A stretch of 64,000 nucleotides of DNA from Lama guanicoe. Lineage: Eukaryota. Positions 13,803 to 26,641 of this stretch are shown here, in pieces. The position numbers and the translations under genes are program-made. The DNA is taken from assembly GCA_013239625.1 (NCBI GenBank), contig MU054212.1, positions 1,240,001-1,304,000 on the forward strand, in the 5' to 3' direction. The notes beneath the pieces were generated by a model. It saw only the letters and a list, made by a program, of their open reading frames with translations, searched no databases and had not been told where the DNA came from. The stretch's first letter is position 1; each line of letters opens with the position of its first letter.

Positions 13803-14224
13803 CCTTTAAGGTTTTTTAATAGAAAAGACAAAAAGCTACAAATCACTTGAGTAAATAGTCCTCAAATTACAAAAAAAAAAGTTCTGAAATAGTTGACAGA
13901 AAAAATAGTGTGGTGAAAGACTAAAGCATATTCCTTTGTCAGAAAATACTGCTGTAATATACACAGAAAAAACTGAAGCTATGAAAAAAACAATTTAATT
14001 TGGGATATATGCCCTATGGAAAATTACAGATGCTTTGAACATGTCTTGGCTAAATCATGTTTGAATAATGAAGTACAAGAACTTATTTTTTTAATGAACC
14101 TCTAAGTGAAAAAATGTATCAAAGAAGATACATTCTCAATAGTAAATAACTAATTCAAAATATTTTTTAGAGAAACTGTGTTTACATATAAATGTAAGGC
14201 CCTGATGGAGTGGTTATTTTGACT

Positions 14225-15850
14225 AAAATTTTTCACACAAACAACCAAATTTAAAAATGAGCCAAGACCTTGTACAGACATTTTTCCAAATATACAAATG
14301 ACCAACAAACATATGAAAAGATGCTCAACATCTTTAGTCATTAGAAGAATGCAAATCATAACAATGAGCTATGACTTTACACCCACTAGGACGGCTACAA
14401 TTAAAATTAAAAAAAAAAAAAAAAAGGAAAATAGTGTTGGTAAGGATGAAGAAAACAGAATCCTTGTGCCCTGTGGGTGAGAAGATAAAATGGTGCAGAA
14501 GCCGTGGGAAACAGTTTGGTGGTTCCTCAAAAAAAGCTAAACACAGAATTACCATATGACCCAGAAAATTCACTCTTAGGTACACACCCCAAAGAACTGA
14601 AACGTGTTCAAACAAATGCCTATACAAAAATGTTCAGAGTAGTACTATTCACAATAGTCAAAAGGTGGAAACAACCCAGATGGCCACAAATGTATGAATG
14701 GGCAAATAAGATGTGGCATATACATACCATGGAATACTATTTAGCCATTAAAAGAAATAAACTACTGATAAATGCTACAGTGCACATGAAGGTCAAAAAT
14801 ATGCTACAGGGAACTATATTCAATGTCTTGTAGGAACCTATAATGAAAAAGAATACGAAAAGGCATATATGTATGTATATGTATGACTGAGACATTATGC
14901 TGTACACCAGAAATTGACACATTGTAAGCCGACTATACTTCAATTAAAAAATTACATAGATAAAAGGTATTATGCTAATGAAGCCAGATATTAAATCTCA
15001 CATGTTGAATGATTCCATTTACAGGAAATGTCCAAAATAGGCAAATCCATAGAGACAAAACACAGATTAGTTGTTTTCATGGGCCAGGGTGCAGAAGCAG
15101 GGATGGGGAGTGACTGCTTAACGGGTACAGGCTTATCTTTGGGTTGATGAAAACGTTTCAGAAGTAGAGTGATGGTTGCACAACACTGTGAATTACTAAA
15201 TGCCACTGAATCTTACACTCAAATAGTTAACTTTATGTTACATGAATGCTACAATTTTTAAAAAATGAAAAACAAACTTTAAAAAAAGCCCCCACAAACA
15301 TGCATTTCCTGGGAGATCCCACGATTCTACTTACTCCTAAGTATTTATCTAAGAGAAATAAAAGGTTATGTCCACACAAAAATTTGCAATAGCCAAAAAC
15401 TGGATACAATCCAAAGGTCCATCGACAGGTAAATAAACTGTGGTATAGCCATAAAACAGAACACTAGTCAGCAGTAAAAAAAGAATGAACTATTGCTACG
15501 TGCAACAACATGGGTGAATCTGCAAATAATTATGTTGAGAAGCCAAACTGCCTCCACCTGCACTGAAGTACAAACTCTATGATTCCAGTTATGTAAAATT
15601 CTAGAAAATGCTTACTAAGCACTAACTGGTGATAGAAAGCTGATCAACAGCTGCCTGTGTATGGGGGTAGAGGAAGGGTGGGAGGTACTAAAAAGGCAAG
15701 AATAAACATTTGGAAATACTAGAAGTATGTTTCAGCCCAAAAGTGACAACAGTTTCACAACATTAACACGCAGCAATACTCACTAAACTACAATAAATTG
15801 CACATATTTAAAATGTATGTCAATTATACCTCAATAAAGCTGTAAAAAAT
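14225..15850 (+). mobile_element. Old L1 fragments (ORF2 3' part and 3' UTR, two remnants) with a younger L1 3' tip nested at about 14807-14965
   Basis: Frameshifted ORF2 peptides ([38 protein letters not shown]); the nested tip is flanked by tatgcta repeats. Confidence 0.85.
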
Positions 15851-16664
15851 GAGAATATTTCACAATAGTAAGTGCACAGTGAAAAGACCACTCCATTACT
15901 GACAATCAGAGTTAAAGCAATACATTTCTTAATCTTAAATGTATTTTCAAAGAATACATATGACAAGGAAAAATGCCCACTCTGAGACTACTGAAACCAA
16001 AGTAGGATATTAAACTGCAACATAGACTGTATTTGTGTGTTTGCCGATAAGAACAAACTAAGACCAACCAAAATCTCCGGCCAGTGGTTGCCGGGTTCTG
16101 GTGTTTATAATCTTCCCTATGCTTTACAGAAAACAGCTTTCTGCATACTCCTATGTGTCTGTCATATATCTCTCATAATTTTACAATTAGCAAAATCCCT
16201 TTAAATGTGTCTACTTAGCAAGTGATGTTTGCATCAAACTTCTGCATCAAATTTGCAAATCTGAAAAACCTGTAGGACATTAAACACAGAACAACGCTTA
16301 CAGGGTTCTCTCCACTAGTGCAGCGTGCTCGGCTCTCCCAGCAGTCTACTCAAGGAAACCCATCTGAGGTTCTGCTAAGCACATTCCCGCCTCATCACGG
16401 CTGCAAAGCTTCTACCTAAAAATAGCCTACTCTTATATAATCACTCACCACAGATTTATATATCTTATGTATCCCTGAAATACATTTCTTTTTTCAGAGA
16501 TATGCCACAGCAAGAGGTAAACAACCATTTTTAAAAGCAGAGAAATTTAATCAAAATCTAAAGGAAACTTATTTTCAGAAGTTAGTCAAGGGCTCTGTAA
16601 GTCGGTATCGTTCTCTAGATGAAAATAACTGGAAACAGTTATGTATACCAGAAGTAACACCCTA

Positions 16665-17070
16665 CCGATTAATTTTTTAAATGAACTTTAGAGATTATTT
16701 GTCTACAATAAAATACACCCAAATAGTCACAAACATATATCCTCTGCAACCAGCACCGCTGTAAAGACACAGAACACTTCTCCTCCCTCCTTCCCCCAAT
16801 CTCCTCTGTGCCCCGTTTACATTTCTCTCTCCCCCTGCTCTCCCCACCCCCAGCCTGGCAACCACTGCTCAGGTTTCGGGAACCATGCATTAGGTTTGTC
16901 TGCTCTTGAACTTCAAATAAATGGACTCATGTACAGCATACTCCTTTGTGTCTGTCTTCTTTCACTCAGTATAACGTTTTTCAGATTCACTCACGTTGCT
17001 GCAAAGATATGAGCAGCTCTTTCCTTTCTACCGCTGAGGACTATTCCCCTGCACAGCTACACCACCATTT
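16665..17070 (-). mobile_element. Old L1 3' end remnant
   Basis: Degenerate reverse-complement L1M 3' motifs (aaatggactcatgtacagcata, ctttcactcagtataacgtttttcagattcactcacgttgctgca). Confidence 0.65.
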
Positions 17071-19227
17071 CCAACTCTACTTTTTTTTAATGTCGTCAGC
17101 TCTGCCTCTGGGAATATGTTTTTGTATACATGTTGAACACTGTTAAGTCCAGAAAGACAATTACTTCGCTTTTACAGAATTTTGATGTTTCACTGTTTCA
17201 ACATGTGTTTTCAAGGTTCTCAAAGCAGGGGGGAAGGTGGGAAGAAAACTAGAATATACTGGAATCACAACTCAGTAGATTTTAACTCCATCTGAAGAAA
17301 ACATATTAAGTGTCTTAAAGCAGTGCTTCCCCAGTTTTGCAAATTCTGGCACACACAGAAAATGTCCTCTCGTGGCACATGGGAGGGACTAAGCACCTGG
17401 CACTTCTAAGGGTTGAAAAGATCATTTATCTCAAGCCCACTACTTGGAAAGCTTTGTTAAGTTACATTTAAAAAACAGATATTCTTACCTGAATGACCTA
17501 TATTTATTTCTACAAAACAAAAATCTTAGGAGCAAATAAGACTATGTGTAAAACAAAATATTGATTAAGCAAGCAAAGTGACTGGAAAATTCCCAAAGTC
17601 CTAAAACCATGAACACCGCTTCTAATTTTCCCTTCTTCAAGGACACCTCGATTTTTCTTCTAATTTTTTCAAAGGGGGAAAAAAAGGGCCCACGACTGTG
17701 AGCTGGTGCCCAAGCGGCCCTTCCCAGCCCAGTGTGATGCACCCGGTAAGGAAAGGGGAATGGGTGCTCCCACTGCATTCTGCCTGCAGCAAGTAGTCAT
17801 CAACACTTCCACCATGCCTGGCGTTCCAGGCTGCCAGCAACAGCAGGGGAGAGAACAGACAAAAACGCCTGCACGCAGAGGACTTACAGTCTTCTCTGGG
17901 GAAAGAAACAGGTAAAGTAGTGAAATACTTGGTGTGTTAGGTGGTGGGAAACACTAAAGACAAAAACAAAGCAGGGAAGGGGCCAGGGAGTCCCGGGAGC
18001 CAGGATGGTTGGAGAATCAAAAGAGAGGCAGGCAAGTGGCCAAGTGTTCCAGGCAGAGGAACAGCACCAGTCCTGAGGGGGGAAGGGGCTCAGGAGTCTG
18101 CGGCACAACAGGAGGCCACTGTCCTCAGAACAAAGCAAGAGGGGTGAGAGTGAAGCAAAGCAGAGGCCAGAGATGCAGGCGGTATAGGGCTCCCTCCCGG
18201 GAGCAGACGGAGAGCCAGCTGAGCAGTCCTGCTCTGCATCCCAACCTCATTTCTGGAGGACACACTGCTAAGAAAAGACCTGAGGGGGACCAGTGAAGAG
18301 TGAGAAAAGGAAGGATCTGGAAAGCTTAATATAGGAGTAATTGTTAAAGGAACTTGGAGACGGGTGGCCTCGGGAAAAGAAGAATTGACTAGTGGCTCCA
18401 AATAGCTGAGACATTGTCACAAGAGAAGAAACATACTTTTCTGTGATTCTGCAGAGCACAGACCTGAAACCATGAATTAAAAAAAAAAAAAAGAAAAAAA
18501 AGAAAGAAAAAAGGAAAACCTTCGCCTTAATGTTTAAGTTTTAACTTTCGAGCACTTACAGCTTTCCTGCAGTGGCACGCGTGGCCGGAGAAGGTAATTC
18601 ACGTACACCAGCGGCCGCATGGAGAAGAGGAGGAGTAACGCACGCCCAGGTACGGCGACCATGTGCCAGATGCCATGATAAATACGCCACCTCAGATAAT
18701 CCTCCCCCAGGCCTGCGAGGCAGGTACTATTAATGATGAGGAAACTCAAGCTCCCTGAGATGACATGCCCTGCCCAGGATGGCAGAACCAGTAAGCGACG
18801 GGACCCGTGCACAAGCCCAGTCTGTCTGGCTCAGGCTGCAAGCCCGCGAGCGCTGGCACACCGCCTGTAAGTCCATCTATCACTGTGTTTACATGGCGCA
18901 TCGAAGGGCCGCACAGGAAGTGGAGAGAAGATTCTTGCAGATGGGGGAAAATTAGACAACTTCTCAGATCCCTTTATTATAATTTTGTGGTTATATTTCC
19001 CCAAGTTCCCATCTTATTTTTTAAATTCTCTTTTAACTTCAAGATTCACAGAAATTTTGCACTCCTACAAATGCCAAAGATCAAAAAAAATTTTTCATAA
19101 TAGAACATGTTAAATTTTCTGTGTAATTCTAACACTCAGGATAACCATGCTCTGATTTTGAGGAACACGTATTTTACTATATTAGTTTCCACGAACAAGT
19201 GAAGGTAGGCTTGACCTTTCTCAAGTA

Positions 19228-19407
19228 CAGCTGACCCTCGAATAACCCAAGGATTAATCCATGTGTAACTTATAGTTGGGCCTGCAAATCCGAGGTTCCT
19301 CCACATCTGTAGATTCAACCAACCATGGACCACATAGTTCTGCAGTATTTACTATTCAAAAATATCTATGTATAAGTGAACCTGTGCAATCCAAAAAGGG
19401 TCAACTG
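19228..19407. mobile_element. TcMar-Tigger-derived MITE (MER8/Tigger2-like)
   Basis: Terminal inverted repeats cagctgaccct / agggtcaactg; TA on the left flank. Confidence 0.72.
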
Positions 19408-19894
19408 TGCATCAATTTCCTCATCTCAATTTTATACCAGTGATGATTCAAACTTATCTTCCATTTTCCTATGTCAACTCTGTAGACAAGATAAAATTCT
19501 TTCCAATTGAGCAATTATCTAAATACAACAGGAATCAACATTTTTCATCTCAAGGACAGAGAGATAAAAGTAGAATACAGATCTACGGACTTAAATCAAG
19601 ACTCAAAACCATGGTAACCTCAAGAGTCATCCCTGCTTTGTGCAACTGTTTTTCACTGACTGGAGGGAAAAAAGGAGACTGGGGAGAGCTGGGACAGTGC
19701 ACCCTCTACCACACACACCCAAGCAACTTCTGAATGGTTTGAAAAATAAAAGGAAATCATTGCTCCACAGGGCAATTATGAGCCAAGGTAAGAAGAGAGA
19801 GTCTGGCAACCCTGGGGTTAACCTTTGGATAGAAAACATGTTTAACTCTACTTACAAAGAACAATTTTCCAAACCTTATACCCAGTAGTATGGC

Positions 19895-20602
19895 TAATAA
19901 AAAAAAAAAACAGAAAAGAAAAAGTGTTGGTGAGGATGTAGAAATTAAAACCCTGTAATACTGTTGGTAGGAATGTAAACTGGTTCACCCACTATGGAAA
20001 ACAGTATGGTGAGTCAAAAAATTAAAAATAGAACTACCATATGATCCAGCAAGCCCACTTCTGGGTATACACCAAGAAGAATTGTAAGCATAGACACAAA
20101 GAGATATTTGTACACTCATTTGTACACACTCATGTTCATAGCAGCATTATTGACAATAGCCAAAAAGTAGAATCAACCCAAATGCAATACTGATGGATGT
20201 ATGTATAAACAGAATGTGGTATATATTCATACAATGCAATATTATTCAGTCTTAAAAAGGAAGAAAATTCTAATACATGCTGTAACACAGATGAACCTTG
20301 AAGGAATTATGCTGAGATAAGCCAGTCACAAAAAAGACAAATATTGTATAATTCCATTTATGTGAGATTCCTAGTGTTGTCGTACTCAAAGGAGAATCAT
20401 GATCTTTAGGGGCTGGGAGGAGAGAGGAATGAAGAGCTCTTGTTTAATGGGTACAGTTTCAGTTGACGAAGATGAAACGGGTTCTGGATGGATGGTGGCG
20501 ATTGTTGCACAATATGAAGGCACCTAATGCCACTGAATTGTACACTTCTAAATGGTTAAAATGGTACATTTTATGCTATATGAAGTCTACCAAATATAAA
20601 AA
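19895..20602 (+). mobile_element. Old L1 (L1MB-like) ORF2 end and 3' UTR
   Basis: aaaaatagaactaccatatgatccagcaagcccacttctggg ... gccactgaattgtacactt. Confidence 0.85.
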
Positions 20603-23120
20603 TTCTTAGTTTTTTTTCTTCAAATATAGTTTGGTCAGTCTGCTGTGCATTAACACACACAAAAAAGCTCCAACTGTAACACCTGTCACAGAGTTTAACT
20701 TGGGTCCTTGAAATGATCTATTACAAAGTCAATTAATATCAAAATGCATATATTCTTGATGTAAAATACAACCACATTATAAGTACAAATCTATTCCTAA
20801 CATTGTAACAACTATTCACCTAGTACTTACTACTTGCAGAAAAATCCCCAAATTATGATCATTATACCTCAGTGCAGTCTGGGGCACAAACATACCCAAC
20901 AAATTCACAAGAGAATGTAATCCAAGGACTTCCAGACTGGGAGGCTATGAAAACACAGCACAACTTCTGATACAGTATTAGGGTAGGACCTGAGTGACGG
21001 AGCTGACACAGTTACTGTGGACGAGCCACACATCTAGCTCTGAATTCTCCTAAGGCCAAAACAGAAAGAGAAATACAATTACGCCCTTTTAACTGTCCAC
21101 AAGGAAAAAAAATGTATCAGTTCTTTAGGGAAAACAACCTCCCTCTCTGCCCACAGCTCTAATTTCCCATTCAGGGTAATATACACAGGATTAAGAGTAT
21201 TTAGTGGCAAAATATTCAATAATGTCATTTAAGCTAAAATGTTTTGAAATGCCCCTCAACAGAAATGGAAGGCATAATTCCAACTTAAAACTCAGTGAAG
21301 GACATTTTTCAGATAATCAGAAAAATACAGCTTGGGCTGTAGCATTCTGAGAGTCTAGTTTAATTTGGGGGTAAAATTTAGAATACCTAGAGAAATGAAT
21401 GAATGTTATATATTCCAAAAATGTGACCAAGCAAAATTTTCACAAGAAGATGGACAGTGTTTCCTGTTGAGAACCCTGAATACAGGTATTCTGTGTGAAA
21501 TCTGAAGACACTGCAATATTCTTGGCCATCTGCTTATTTTCTCAGTTGGTATCCTTTTGTCAAATTGAGAAATTAGCTTATAAATGGCCACATCAGCTTT
21601 GAAACAAGATACACTGTCTTCTCTAATGGAATTTTCTTGACTCAGGCTGTGTGTGATACAGTGGGCTGCCCTTCAGCACTCAATCTGGAGGCAGATTCCA
21701 GGGTTTGGCCCAAACTGTTGCCCCCTCCTAACTACATAAACTGGGGGAGGTAGTGAACCCTCTCCTGGCCCTCCTCTCATCTGTACAGTGAAGGAGAAGA
21801 GGTCAGTCTTATCAATCACTTCACACTGTGCTGTGTGCAGGTGCTTCAGTGGACGGGATGAGGAGGGGCCTTTACTTTTATCTGCCTTGTATACGGGCAT
21901 CTTCCTGAGTTCCCGATAAAACCTTAAAAATCACCAGACCAGATGCTCTACAATCTTAGACAGATTCTGTGACTCTTGTGATTTTAAACAACCAATCCAC
22001 AATACAAAATAACAAAAACAGGTGAAGACAATATTCAAAATAAAATTTCTAAGAAATTTTACTAAGGAGAATTATATTTCCAACCTTCATTTTTAATTCA
22101 GTTGTTTAGAACCCGGAACAACACAATCTCCTTCATACCAGCATTTTAAGTGAAGGGTGATTTCTCAAGTAACTCAGAAAGGCTCAGCGTCCTGAACACA
22201 GCAAATAAAAATAAAGGAACAGACGATACCACTGCCGCTCAGCATCCAGCTGCCGGAGGTAACAGCATGTCCATGGCTCCAGGCTGGGAGGTCACGGGCT
22301 CCCTCCCGCCAGAGGACAGAGCCTCTCCGGAGCAACTCTAAACCGCTGAGCCAACTCCCGGGCTCCTGTCATCCCCACCTTCACCTGCTGCCCCCTACCA
22401 GGTTTCTCTGATCCAACACTCCATGCCACAGACCACTTTGACGTCACTTCTCTGTCCTTGAGTTGAGCACAAAATCCTCTCCAGATTATTTCTCAAAAAT
22501 AAAGCATGGGAAGACCATCTTATGTAAAACTGATGGGTTTTTCCTTATCTCATTTGAGTTTCACAGGAGTTCACGAAGGAGAGAAGGGGTCTGTGTTAAC
22601 CATCCTGTTACACAGGAAGAACATGAGGCCCAGAGTCACACGGCAAGAAAAAAGTCACCAACGTCGAAACCCACATCTCAGGACTCCAAGCAGGAGCGGG
22701 CTGGTACTCTCCATCTGTGCCACCTTCCCCATACTTTCCCTGACTTTGCCATCAGCTAGACTGTATATGGAGTAATACAAATCATGAGGTATGTAATGTT
22801 AACCTCTGAGCATCTAAAGAAAATCAGACAGAAGTTATCTGCTTTTTCCTCTTTGGTGCTGGAGCCAAGGTGCTAAGGAGAAGGAAAACGCAGGAAGGAC
22901 GATGTTGAGCAGATAATGAAAAAAATCCTCCAGGTACGGACATGGGGGTGGAGGCTCGAGAATAGAAAAGTAGGGACATAGAAGAAAAAAGTAGGGGAAG
23001 AGAGTAAGGGAAAATAATCATTCTTCTACCACCATGCAAAGCATCAGGGATAGAAAGGAGGGAGTGAGGGTAAAAGTGAGCAGCGAGGTAGGGGAAAAAA
23101 ACAAGAGAAACACAAGCAAT

Positions 23121-23212
23121 GGGGGGAGGAGCATAGCTCAGTGGTAGAGCACATACTTTGCATGCACGAGGTCCTGGGTTCAACACCCAGTACCTCCATT
23201 TAAAAAAAAAAA
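23121..23212 (+). mobile_element. tRNA-derived SINE (camelid Vic-1-like)
   Basis: Pol III A box tagctcagtggtagagc, B box ggttcaacacc, poly(A) tail. Confidence 0.85.
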
Positions 23213-23499
23213 TACACATGGGAATCACAAGCAAAGAGAACAAGGAAATTTGGGAAAGAGAAAAAAAAATCAGAAGTAGTCAAAACCTTCCAGAAGCTCT
23301 GTGTCAAACACTAGGAGGGCAAGACTCTATACTACGTACACTACCAGTCCTCAGTCTAGGAAATACGTTACTCAAGGCTATACAGTAATCAAAGTAATGG
23401 ATAAAGCTAGCAGTGATACAGTCACCAAATTACAAAACACTAGAATTAAACATATAACTTGAACTCTGGAAAAGGACAAATTGAACAAATTACCCACTT

Positions 23500-24640
23500 T
23501 TAGGAGACAGAATAATAAATGTACGGATACTAGGAAAAAAGATAAACTCAAAGAAAAGTAAAAGAGATAACTACAGAAATTAAAAGAAAAAGAAGAAAGA
23601 GATAAATCCTAGAGAGTTCTTTGAAAAATAATCAAATAAACAATTTTAATGAGACCAATCTTAACAAAGGGAGCAAAATTCACTTGGAAATAGCCAAATA
23701 AATATTAGGGAATAGAAAATGGAAAAAGGATTAGACAATGGAATACGTAATTACAGAATGAACATAAGTTAAATAGACAATAAAAGGATATTATGAATAT
23801 TCTTGTAATAACAAATTTCAAAACAAATAGAAAGGATAAAATTCCTAAAAATATATAACTTGTGAAAACTGATCAAAAAAGAAATAGAAAACTAAAATAG
23901 CACTATAACCATTAAATACACCTAATTAGTGGTAGCAAAAAAAAAAAGCTCACAAAGAAAAGGTGGTTTTATAAGAAATTTCAAGTTTTCAATAAATTTT
24001 CAAAAAATAAACTGTTTCAATTTTATACAACTCTTCCAAAAAACAGCAGAGAGAGAGAATACTCCCAAACTCATCACATGAGTCTAGTGTAACCTTGATA
24101 TTAAACCCTGAGGACAGAGCAAAAAAAGGAAATTAGAAGCCAATGTCACTCACAAATAGATGCTAAAATCCAAAAGAAACCAAACTGAGGAGAATACTAA
24201 AGAATATACATTATGACTAAATTAAGTTTATTCCAGGTACACAAGGATGGCTTATCGCCTGACAGAATCTAAAAATATAATTTGCCACCTTAACATTTGT
24301 TAAAACTTCATGATTCTCCTAATAAAAGACGAACATTTGATAAAATTCAACACCCTTTCACGATTTAAAAAAAAAAAACTCGGTAAGAATGAAAGGGAAC
24401 TTCATTCATGTGATAAACGGTATGCACTAAGTATCATTCTTAGCAGGGAGTCGTTAGAAGTTAGAAGCATGCTTTATAAAAACCAGGGATGAACATGGAT
24501 TCCCACCATCTCAGCTTCTATTCGACGGTGTCCTGATGGCTCCAACCAGTACATCAGGAAGAAGGAAAATAAGTAAGAGATATGAGGACTGAAAGAAAAG
24601 AGCAAAACTGTAATTATTCACAAACTATCTACAGAGACTG
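23500..24640 (+). mobile_element. Degenerate L1 ORF2 central fragment
   Basis: A-rich; motifs aaactcttccaaaaaac, gtttattccaggtacacaaggatgg, catttgataaaattcaacaccc. Confidence 0.75.
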
Positions 24641-24689
24641 AATTGTAGTCTACCTTCCTATTTTCACTTTCTCCTCCCCACTTACTCCT

Positions 24690-25625
24690 CTGCTCAGTGC
24701 AGTCGGCTCCTGCCTGTCATGCTTCTAAAACTCATCAAAGACACCTGGCTACCAAGTCTAAGAGACACAAATCAGTTGTTGCCTCCATTTCCTGGACCGC
24801 TCACCTCTGCTGGCCTGGATTCTGCCTGGCAGGCTGCTTTTCCTCAGTGCGTTCCACTGGCTCCCTTTCTTCCACTGTCCTTGAACGTAGTATTCAATCC
24901 TCTGATTCCAAGAGTGTCTTATTTCTCCCAGGTGATGATATTTACTCCTTCAGCCTCCATCACCACGTTTCATCAAGTGACTCCCAATACTGATGATTCC
25001 CAAGTTTTTAATGGCCCAGTAAGATGTCATCACGTCCAAAGGCGAACTCACCCTTCTCTCTCCTCCCATCTTTAGTCACATTCTATCCAGTGACTTGTGC
25101 CATGAATCTGGGGCCATCTAACTCCACCTCCTCCATTCCTCATATGCAATCTATGATCAGCTTCTACTTGTGCTGTTTATGTTCTGCCTGTACCTCCCTT
25201 TCCTCTTCCACAGCAACTGGGTTCAGACTTTATCTCTCTCTTGAATTCCTGCACCTGGTCACCCTGCTTTCAGGCCTGCCCTTTAATCCTTCTCATAAGG
25301 AACAAATCTGATTAAATCTCTTCCCTGATTAAGATCTTTCAGTGATTCTAACTGCCTAAAATAATTTCAACTCCTAAGGCATATTTTACAAAGTCTTTCA
25401 AGAAGACTCTGCTTTTATTCATCTAGTCTTGACTTTCTCTTTCCTTGCCCCACTCTGTTCCAGGCTTAATGAACTTTTTGCTCAAATTCATCCCTTTCTC
25501 ATCCCTTTGGAAATGCTGTGCTCTGTTAGAACCTGGCTCTTGCAGTCATCTCTAAGATTTATGAAGACAGACGGGTACAGCGGTACTGAACAAGATAAAC
25601 ATTCTGTGAATACTTACTGAATTAA
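24690..25625 (+). mobile_element. L2 LINE remnant
   Basis: Pyrimidine-rich with L2 motifs (tgctgatgattccca-like, ttaagatctttcagtgattcta); degenerate. Confidence 0.55.
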
Positions 25626-26272
25626 GGAGAAAACTGTACATAAAGTAATATAAAATATCAAACCTGTGGCTGGCCATTATAAAAATGTATAGGGGTTACA
25701 TCCTTAATACACTGAAGTTAAAATGAGAGGAAAATTATGTCTGCCTATAGCTTATTCAAAATTCTTTAGAGTAGAATTCAGCGACTGCACTCGGATACTC
25801 CGAACACAGCAGGGAACAAGACAAACACAACTGCATGCAGGTGACAGTCTTGTCACTACTGTGAGATACAGAAACTAATCAGGATAGATCTTGGGTCATA
25901 CCAAGCTTCACAAAGCTAGTAACATATTCTCAAACACACGTTTCATGTTACTAATTAAAACCTTATGTATTTTTGTTCATAAACTTCATAAAAGTTATCA
26001 AAATGAAAACCAGCTTCATTTTACACAACTTTATGTTTATTTAACTTATTTCCCAGGTGCCTCCAAAATTAATTTGTAGCAGTAAATTTCTGGATAATAT
26101 GTACAAGCTAAAAATTTAGGAATAATGTGGACTCAGTAAAAATTCTAAATTCGTACTTTCTAAAGGAATTAAAAGTTTTCTTATAATCTTCATAGAGCTG
26201 ATAAATACAATAATTATGCAATCATAAATCATACCTTTTTAAGAGAATGTAAACTCAAAAACTGTACACAAT

Positions 26273-26388
26273 GGGGGGAGGGTACAGCTCAGTGGTAGAG
26301 CACATGCTTAGCAGGCATGAGGTCCTGGGTTCAATCCCCAGTACTGCCATTAAATAGATAAATAAACCTAATTACCTCCCCACCCCAG
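26273..26388 (+). mobile_element. tRNA-derived SINE (Vic-1-like)
   Basis: A and B boxes; TSD aaactgtacacaat / aaactgtatgcaat. Confidence 0.87.
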
Positions 26389-26502
26389 AAACTGTATGCA
26401 ATAAAAACCAACAAAATGTACACAGAGCTTAAAGTATGGTGTTGCGTAATTACTTTATGAATCATTTTATTTTAAATTTATGTTTAAAATGTGCTTGGAC
26501 TA

Positions 26503-26641
26503 GTGGGGAGAGTATAGCTCAGTGGTAGAGTGCATGCTTAGCATGCACAAGGTCCTGGATTTGATCCTCAGTACCTCCACTAAAAAATAAACTTAATTAC
26601 CTCTGCCCACCAGAAAAAAAAAAAGCTTAAAAAATAATTTA
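26503..26641 (+). mobile_element. tRNA-derived SINE (Vic-1-like)
   Basis: A and B boxes; perfect 18-bp TSD taaaatgtgcttggacta at 26485-26502 and 26642-26659. Confidence 0.88.

Noticed and set aside
16449..16474. 26-nt segment with a GTGAGT donor
   Set aside because: Purine-rich acceptor region and frame-shifting length; likely chance.
23121..23200. tRNA gene-like A and B boxes (also at 26273, 26503, 42692, 44858)
   Set aside because: A-rich tails, TSDs in three of the copies and multiple diverged copies show these are SINEs, not tRNA genes.
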